Of a DNA stretch of 64,000 bases, positions 58,664-64,000 are shown one piece after another. The translations under genes and the position numbers were made by a program. Numbering within the stretch: the first letter of the stretch is position 1; each line of letters opens with the position of its first letter. The notes under the pieces were generated by a model. It made no database searches and was not told where the DNA came from. It saw nothing but the letters and a program-made list of their open reading frames with translations. The stretch is taken from assembly GCA_965219625.1 (NCBI GenBank), contig OZ244782.1:182911-246910 (forward strand), written 5' to 3'. The stretch is from Candidatus Multivoraceae bacterium (GTDB lineage: Bacteria; Acidobacteriota; Thermoanaerobaculia; Multivoradales; Multivoraceae).

Positions 58664-58715
58664 CACGAGCCGAGTCCCTCCACCTGGACCGCCCGACCAG
58701 GTCCCGGGGTAACCG

Positions 58716-59948
58716 CTACCAAGCCCTGGGATCCAACGCGTACGGCAACGGCGTCAAGTTCGTCATCCCGTCAGGGGTCACGACGACGAGGTCTTCGAGG
58801 CGCACTCCCCAGCCCGCGTCTGGATCGTAGAGCCCAGGCTCGACCGTTATCGCATCGCCAGCGGCGAGTTCTCCGGCACCGGGCCCGCTCTGCCGGAAAC
58901 TCGGAAACTCGTGGAGTTCATAACCGACACCGTGGCCCAGGAGGTGGAAGTACCCGGTCTTCGAGCCCGGGTTGCTGTCCGGCACGGCGAATCCCTCCCG
59001 TTCGAACAGCCGGCACACCCGCTCGTGCAACGTCCAGCCCCGGACGCCCGGCAGGACGGCTTCCAGACTCGTTTGAAGCGCGGAAAGGACGAGGCCATGC
59101 GCCCGCGCCAGCCCCACCGGCGGCTCTCCCACACAGAAGGTCCTCGTGCAGTCCGCGAAGAGCCGGCCCCGCGGGAAGAGATCGACGACCACGGACTCGC
59201 CTGCCTTGAGGACCCGTTCCGGACTGCCGGTGCTGTGCCCGACCGCTCCCTCTTCCCCCGGAGCGACAATCGAACTCTCGGGCTGCTCCAGGCCGTGGTT
59301 GGCGAACGTCTGGGCCGCGAGGGCCTTGACCCGGGCCACCGTGACCCGTTCCTCACCGAGCCAGAGCTCGCCACCCTCCCGGACCGAACTGGCACCCAGC
59401 ATCCGTGCCACCGACTCGAAGGCCTGGACCGTTGCTCGCGCGGCGGAAGCGATGTCTTCGATTTCGCCCGGCGTCTTCGACCGGCGGAGCGCCAGCATGA
59501 GCCCGCGGCCGGAAACAGGCTCCCAGCCCCCTTCCTTCAGCGTTCTCGCGATGGCCACGGCATTTCCCGCCGCCGGTCGACCGGCAAGCGCGACTCGACC
59601 CGAAACGACGCCGGCCCGTTCGAGGCCTGCCCGAACGGCCGCGGCGAGGATTTCCTCCTGAGCTTTCCCCTCGCGGCGCAGAGTCTCCATCCGGAAATCC
59701 GCCGGGTGAACCAGGTCGACTCCTCCCGCCTCTGCCTGGGCCGCCTCCTTCCGCTCCATCGGCGTGAAGTAGGCGAGGAGGGCGCCGCCCCCATGCGCGA
59801 CGACACAGGCCTGTCCCAGCCGAGCGCCGCCGACGAAGGGCAGAAGATCCGGGTCGCGGCTCGATCCGGCGAGAACGACGAGCGCCTCGAGATTCTCCTC
59901 GGCAAGAAGCGCCGACAGGAGCTCGATGCGCGGCCAGGTCCTTACCAC
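58716..59948 (-). CDS. M24-family Xaa-Pro aminopeptidase/dipeptidase-like protein
   Basis: The pita-bread fold motifs include VVVDLF...DCTRTF, HLLGHGVGYELHEFP and ITVEPGLY. Confidence 0.8.
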   Translation of the reverse strand: MVRTWPRIELLSALLAEENLEALVVLAGSSRDPDLLPFVGGARLGQACVVAHGGGALLAYFTPMERKEAAQAEAGGVDLVHPADFRMETLRREGKAQEEILAAAVRAGLERAGVVSGRVALAGRPAAGNAVAIARTLKEGGWEPVSGRGLMLALRRSKTPGEIEDIASAARATVQAFESVARMLGASSVREGGELWLGEERVTVARVKALAAQTFANHGLEQPESSIVAPGEEGAVGHSTGSPERVLKAGESVVVDLFPRGRLFADCTRTFCVGEPPVGLARAHGLVLSALQTSLEAVLPGVRGWTLHERVCRLFEREGFAVPDSNPGSKTGYFHLLGHGVGYELHEFPSFRQSGPGAGELAAGDAITVEPGLYDPDAGWGVRLEDLVVVTPDGMTNLTPLPYALDPRAW

Positions 59949-59966
59949 CGGCGGCCGGGTCCCGGA

Positions 59967-60296
59967 TCAGACGTGATCGCTCAGGAAGGCCTCGAAGCGC
60001 ATCTTCGGCGCGGCGCCCGTCATCCGGCCCAGAATCTCGCCATCCTTGAACAGGATGAAGTGCGGGATGCCCTGTACGCCGTAACGGACGGCCACGTCCT
60101 GAGCATGGTCCACGTCGAGCTTGGCGATCCGCAGCCGCCCGTCGTACTCCCCGGCCAGTTCGTCGAGGATCGGCGCGACCTGACGGCACGGGCCGCACCA
60201 GGTCGCCCAGAAGTCGACGAGGACCGGTACCTCCGCGCCCAGCACGTCGCGGTCGAAGCTCTCGCCGTCCACGTTCAGGATCTGCTCACTTGCCAT
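59967..60296 (-). CDS. trxA: Thioredoxin
   Basis: The WCGPC active site is present (DFWATWCGPCRQ). The ATG at 60296 gives 109 aa and has GGAGA 8 nt upstream. The track ORF starts 5 codons earlier, at 60311. Confidence 0.92.
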   Translation of the reverse strand: MASEQILNVDGESFDRDVLGAEVPVLVDFWATWCGPCRQVAPILDELAGEYDGRLRIAKLDVDHAQDVAVRYGVQGIPHFILFKDGEILGRMTGAAPKMRFEAFLSDHV

Positions 60297-60341
60297 CTTC
60301 CGAGTCTCCATGTGTTCTTCGTCCGACTCTACACAGCACGT

Positions 60342-61292
60342 TCACGCGCCGGCGCTTTCCACTCTCCGAAAGTACTCTCTCGCCGCGGCCGCGTCACGGC
60401 CGATCTGAGCCGACAGGTCCATCATCGACGAGAACAGCTTCTCCTCCCGCAGGTGGCGACAGAAGGAGAGATCGACCCGTTCGCCGTAGACGTCGCTCGA
60501 GAAGTCCAGGATATGGCTCTCGATCACACGCTGGTAGTTCTCGTAGACGGTCGGCCGCGTTCCGATGTTCGTCACCGACCGGAAGGTCGCCTCGAAACTC
60601 GGAAAGTAGACCTCGGTAACGTAGACGCCATTCTGCGGGTAGAGCTCGTTCTCGGGCGCGAGGTTGATCGTCGGCCAGCCAAGCCGCTGTCCCATCCGGT
60701 CGCCACGGGCGATCGAACCCGTCATCACGTACGGCCTGGCGAGCAGTTCGTTCGCCTCCTCGATCCGACCTTCCTGCACCAGGCCGCGGATCCTGCTGCT
60801 CGACACGCGCGCGCCATGGGTGCGCACCTCGTCGACCTCGACCGCGGCGAATCCCAGGCGCTTGCCCATCTCCCGAAGCAGATCCACGTCGCCCTCGCGG
60901 GCGCGACCGAAACTGAAGCGCGAGCCGACATAGATCTCGGCGGCTGCCAGCTTGCCGTGCAGGAAGTCGCGAACGAAGGACCGCGCCCGGGTATTCGCGA
61001 ACTCGTGCGAGAACCGGATCGTCAGCACGTAGTCAATGCCGACATCCGCAAGCAGCTCCTCCTTCTGGGCCAGCGTGACGATTCGAGGCGGGGCGGCGTC
61101 CGGGCGCACGATCGACAGCGGGTGGGGATCGAAGGTGATGACCGCCGACGGCGCCCCCACCTCTCGCGCGCGGTCGGTGACCATCGCCAGCACGCTCCGC
61201 TGACCGATATGTACGCCATCGTAGTTGCCGATCGTGGCGATGACGCCCCGGGGCAACTCGGTCGACGCGGTCGCGTCGCGGATCGCCTGCAT
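60342..61292 (-). CDS. ribF: Bifunctional riboflavin kinase / FMN adenylyltransferase
   Basis: The ATG is at 61292 (MQAIRD...). VIATIGNYDGVHIGQ matches the adenylyltransferase part. The C-terminal riboflavin kinase part includes GWPTINL and VTNIGTRPT. The upstream part of the track ORF is Arg-rich junk. Confidence 0.9.
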   Translation of the reverse strand: MQAIRDATASTELPRGVIATIGNYDGVHIGQRSVLAMVTDRAREVGAPSAVITFDPHPLSIVRPDAAPPRIVTLAQKEELLADVGIDYVLTIRFSHEFANTRARSFVRDFLHGKLAAAEIYVGSRFSFGRAREGDVDLLREMGKRLGFAAVEVDEVRTHGARVSSSRIRGLVQEGRIEEANELLARPYVMTGSIARGDRMGQRLGWPTINLAPENELYPQNGVYVTEVYFPSFEATFRSVTNIGTRPTVYENYQRVIESHILDFSSDVYGERVDLSFCRHLREEKLFSSMMDLSAQIGRDAAAAREYFRRVESAGA

Positions 61293-62764
61293 CAGCCCGT
61301 CGCTCCCGACGCCGCCGACGCGTCGACCGGTGTCTGGCCTTCGAAGCCGACGATGCGGCCGACCGAATCGTCGGCGAAGGCGTCCGTCACTTCGACCTGA
61401 GCCATGCAGCCCGCGTCGAGAACCGTCCGTTCGAGTCGCCCATCGCAAGAACCCGAGTCGACCGGTCCAACGGCGATGTCGTTGATCAGCACGCGACCGT
61501 CCACTTCGGGCGCCAGGCCCTGATGCCTGGCGACAAGCAGCAGGTCCGTCTCGCCGCACGTTCCCTCGATCAGCATCGGCATCGTTCGACCGACGAAGCG
61601 CTGCCGGCGCTGCCGCGAGATCCTACGCTGGGCCTCGAGCAGCCGCTGCTGCCGCTGCTCGGCGACCTCGCGCGGCACCTGACCTGGCAGCGCCGCGGAC
61701 GGCGTATCCGTCTCGCGGCTGTAGACGAACGCGCCGAGGTGGTCGAAGCGCACCTCCTGAACAAAGTCGAGGAGACCGGCGAACGCCCGTTCATCCTCGC
61801 CGGGGAAACCGACGATGAAGGTCGTCCGCAGGCTGATCTCCGGGTCGAGTTCACGGGCGCGAGCGAAGATCCGACGGTAACGATCGGCCGACCCGCCGCG
61901 ACGCATCGCTCTGAGCATCTCACGGTCGCTGTGCTGCAGCGGCATGTCGAGGTAGGAGGCGACTCGCGCCTCCGTTGCCATCAGCTCGAGCACGGCGTCG
62001 TCCAGAGTCGTCGGATAGGCGTAGAGGAATCGAATCCAATCCGCGTTCGTGCCGGCGAGCAGAGCTTCGATCAGCCGGACCAGACCGTGACGTCCGTAGC
62101 CCAGATCCTCGCCGTAGCGCGTCGTGTCCTGCGCAACGAGAACGAGTTCCCGCGCGCCGGAGGCGACCAGACTCCGCGCCTCGGCGACCAGGCTGTCAAT
62201 GCCGCGGCTTCGGAGACGACCCCGCCATACGGGGATTGCGCAGAAGCTGCACGGGTTGTTGCAGCCCTCCGCGACCTTCAGGTAGGCGTAGCCCGCGGTC
62301 GTGACGATCCGGCTATCGCGATGGTCGAACACGAGGTGGGACGGCGACGGCGCTGCCGCCCTGGCGCCCCCAAGCTGGACGAGGCGCCCGACATCCCGCA
62401 GCGAGTCCAGATCGACAAAGCCATCGAGCTCCGGTATCTCCGCTTCGAGCTCCTGCCCGTAGCGATTCGCCATGCAGCCGGCCACCAGGACCTGCTCCAC
62501 CGCCGAATGCTCGTCCGTCTTCCGTGCCGCCGCGTCGAGGATCGCCTCGATGGACTCCTCCCGCGCTTCGTCGATGAAGCCGCAGGTGTTCACGATGACG
62601 GTCTCCGCCTGGTTCAGGTCCGCCACGAGCGAGTAGCCCTGGCGGTCGAGCGCGCCGAGCATGATCTCGCTGTCGACGTGGTTCTTCGCACAGCCGAGAC
62701 TCACGAGTCCGACCCGGCGCCCGGCCGCGGCTCGAGCGCCCGCTCTCGTCGCGGGATCCGTCAC
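61292..62764 (-). CDS. rimO: Ribosomal protein S12 methylthiotransferase RimO (radical SAM, MiaB family)
   Basis: LVSLGCAKNHVDSE forms the N-terminal cluster site. The radical SAM motif CNNPCSFCAIP and a C-terminal TRAM-like domain are present. The stop overlaps the ribF start by 1 nt. Confidence 0.85.
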   Translation of the reverse strand: MTDPATRAGARAAAGRRVGLVSLGCAKNHVDSEIMLGALDRQGYSLVADLNQAETVIVNTCGFIDEAREESIEAILDAAARKTDEHSAVEQVLVAGCMANRYGQELEAEIPELDGFVDLDSLRDVGRLVQLGGARAAAPSPSHLVFDHRDSRIVTTAGYAYLKVAEGCNNPCSFCAIPVWRGRLRSRGIDSLVAEARSLVASGARELVLVAQDTTRYGEDLGYGRHGLVRLIEALLAGTNADWIRFLYAYPTTLDDAVLELMATEARVASYLDMPLQHSDREMLRAMRRGGSADRYRRIFARARELDPEISLRTTFIVGFPGEDERAFAGLLDFVQEVRFDHLGAFVYSRETDTPSAALPGQVPREVAEQRQQRLLEAQRRISRQRRQRFVGRTMPMLIEGTCGETDLLLVARHQGLAPEVDGRVLINDIAVGPVDSGSCDGRLERTVLDAGCMAQVEVTDAFADDSVGRIVGFEGQTPVDASAASGATG

Positions 62765-62770
62765 CGATCG

Positions 62771-64000
62771 TTACGAAGCGGCAGCCGCAGGGGTCGCCTC
62801 GCGCGGGGTCGACGTCGAGGGGTCGAGGGCAGCCAGGAGTTCCTCGCGCCCGATGTGATCACCACGCATCACTTCCTGGGCGGTGCTGTACTTCAGCGAA
62901 TCGTCGTTGTGCCAGAGCTCGCGGAAGAGCTGCTTGACCCGCCGCCGCGCCATGCGGCAGAAGAGGTCGCACAAGGCGGCCGAGTGTTCGGCGCCGGCAG
63001 CCCCGTTCCGCTCCTCCGTGTACGCCCGCGAGATGGACGCCGCCATTGCGAACAGCTCATTCACGACATCCACGAGACGGAAGAGGAACATCTGCCGCCG
63101 CTCCATCTTCTCGCGATAGACGAGCATGCCGTGGAAGCTCTCGCGCGCCAGCTTGCGGGCGGCGCGATCGACGAAGCGAAGATGTCGACCGTAGCGGCCG
63201 TAACCCGCGTAGCGCGGCCAGACGCTCCAGGACAGCCAACGGGTCGGGTACCACCAGGCGTAGAACAGGCCGACCTTCGGCAGCGCCGCCAGCTTCGCGC
63301 CGAAGCCCGCTCGCCGGTCGATCAGCTTGCCGGCTACCTGCAGGTGCTTGTCCACCGCCTCGCGGGCCATGATCAGGTGCATGATCTCGCTCGAGCCTTC
63401 GAAGATCCGGTTGATCCGGAAATCGCGCATCATCCGCTCGATTCCCACCGGCTCTTCGCCGCGCGCCTTGAGCGAAGACTCCGCCTCGTAGCCGCGCCCA
63501 CCACGGACCTGCATCGTCTCGTCGATGATCTGCCAGCCGCGCCAGGTATTCCACTCCTTGCAGGCCGCGCTCTCCAGGCGCAGATCGAGCCGCTTGTCGT
63601 TCGACATGTGACTCGCGAGCTTGACGATCGCCTCCATCGCGAAGCCGTAGGCCGCAATGTCCGAGATCTTCTGCGCGATCGCCTCGTGCCGACCGATCGG
63701 CAGGCCCCACTGGACGCGGCTGCTGCCGAATTCGCGAACCGCCTTCAGGCAGTACTTCGCGGCGCCCACCGAAGAGTTCGGTATGGACAGTCGGCCGTCG
63801 TTCAGGGTGGTCAGGGCGATCTTCAGCCCCTTGCCCTCCTTGCCGATCAGGTTCTCCTTCGGCACCTTCACGTTGTCGAACAGGATGATCCCGTTGGCGA
63901 GCGCCTTGAGTCCCATGAAATGACAGCGACGATCGACCGTCACGCCCTCCCAGTCCGTCTCGACGACGAAGGAACTGATCTTCTCCGTCGCCGGGTCCAT
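62771..64000 (-). CDS. Acyl-CoA dehydrogenase family protein with a long C-terminal extension (5' end lies outside the window)
   Basis: ACAD middle and C-terminal domains are recognisable (SSFVVETDWEGVTV, LTTLNDGRLSI, RIFEGSSEIM). The ORF runs off the window edge. Confidence 0.8.
   Translation of the reverse strand: MDPATEKISSFVVETDWEGVTVDRRCHFMGLKALANGIILFDNVKVPKENLIGKEGKGLKIALTTLNDGRLSIPNSSVGAAKYCLKAVREFGSSRVQWGLPIGRHEAIAQKISDIAAYGFAMEAIVKLASHMSNDKRLDLRLESAACKEWNTWRGWQIIDETMQVRGGRGYEAESSLKARGEEPVGIERMMRDFRINRIFEGSSEIMHLIMAREAVDKHLQVAGKLIDRRAGFGAKLAALPKVGLFYAWWYPTRWLSWSVWPRYAGYGRYGRHLRFVDRAARKLARESFHGMLVYREKMERRQMFLFRLVDVVNELFAMAASISRAYTEERNGAAGAEHSAALCDLFCRMARRRVKQLFRELWHNDDSLKYSTAQEVMRGDHIGREELLAALDPSTSTPREATPAAAAS

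Overview
This is a high-G+C chromosomal segment from a diderm bacterium (lpxB, htrA and secA are present). No rRNA gene, tRNA gene, CRISPR array, transposase or integrase could be supported. Most of the window is conserved housekeeping. It carries the rimP-nusA-infB-rbfA-(DHH phosphoesterase)-truB-rpsO-pnp translation cluster at 3.4-12.9 kb. A minus-strand run yicC-gmk-rpoZ-coaBC-udg-cysK-like (24.4-29.3 kb) is tightly packed, with 4-nt overlaps at yicC/lpxB, coaBC/udg and udg/cysK-like. Other housekeeping sets are lpxB, ihfB-rpsA, queG-folA-thyA, comM, an M23 peptidase, secA-guaB, and pepP-like/trxA/ribF/rimO. There are two envelope glycosyltransferase clusters (21.3-24.4 kb and 36.2-41.3 kb) and two transporters. 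The one clearly accessory region is 41.8-51.4 kb, all on the minus strand. It starts with a large secreted protein built from five NBR1-type Ig-like repeats, a beta-sandwich-like module and a C-terminal M23 (LytM-type) metallopeptidase domain. That gene is currently split by a 12-nt poly-G tract. A translationally coupled tandem array of four paralogous signal-peptide proteins of about 420 aa with no recognisable family follows it. Each downstream paralog is preceded by a decayed relic of about 210-230 bp from an M23 gene 3' end. One paralog is frameshifted, and another is fused to a copy of the peptidase's middle module. I read this as a candidate polymorphic lytic-effector plus cognate-partner (immunity-like) locus with a possible phase-variable switch. 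That functional reading is inference. Long antisense ORFs in the track are typical high-GC shadows and were rejected.
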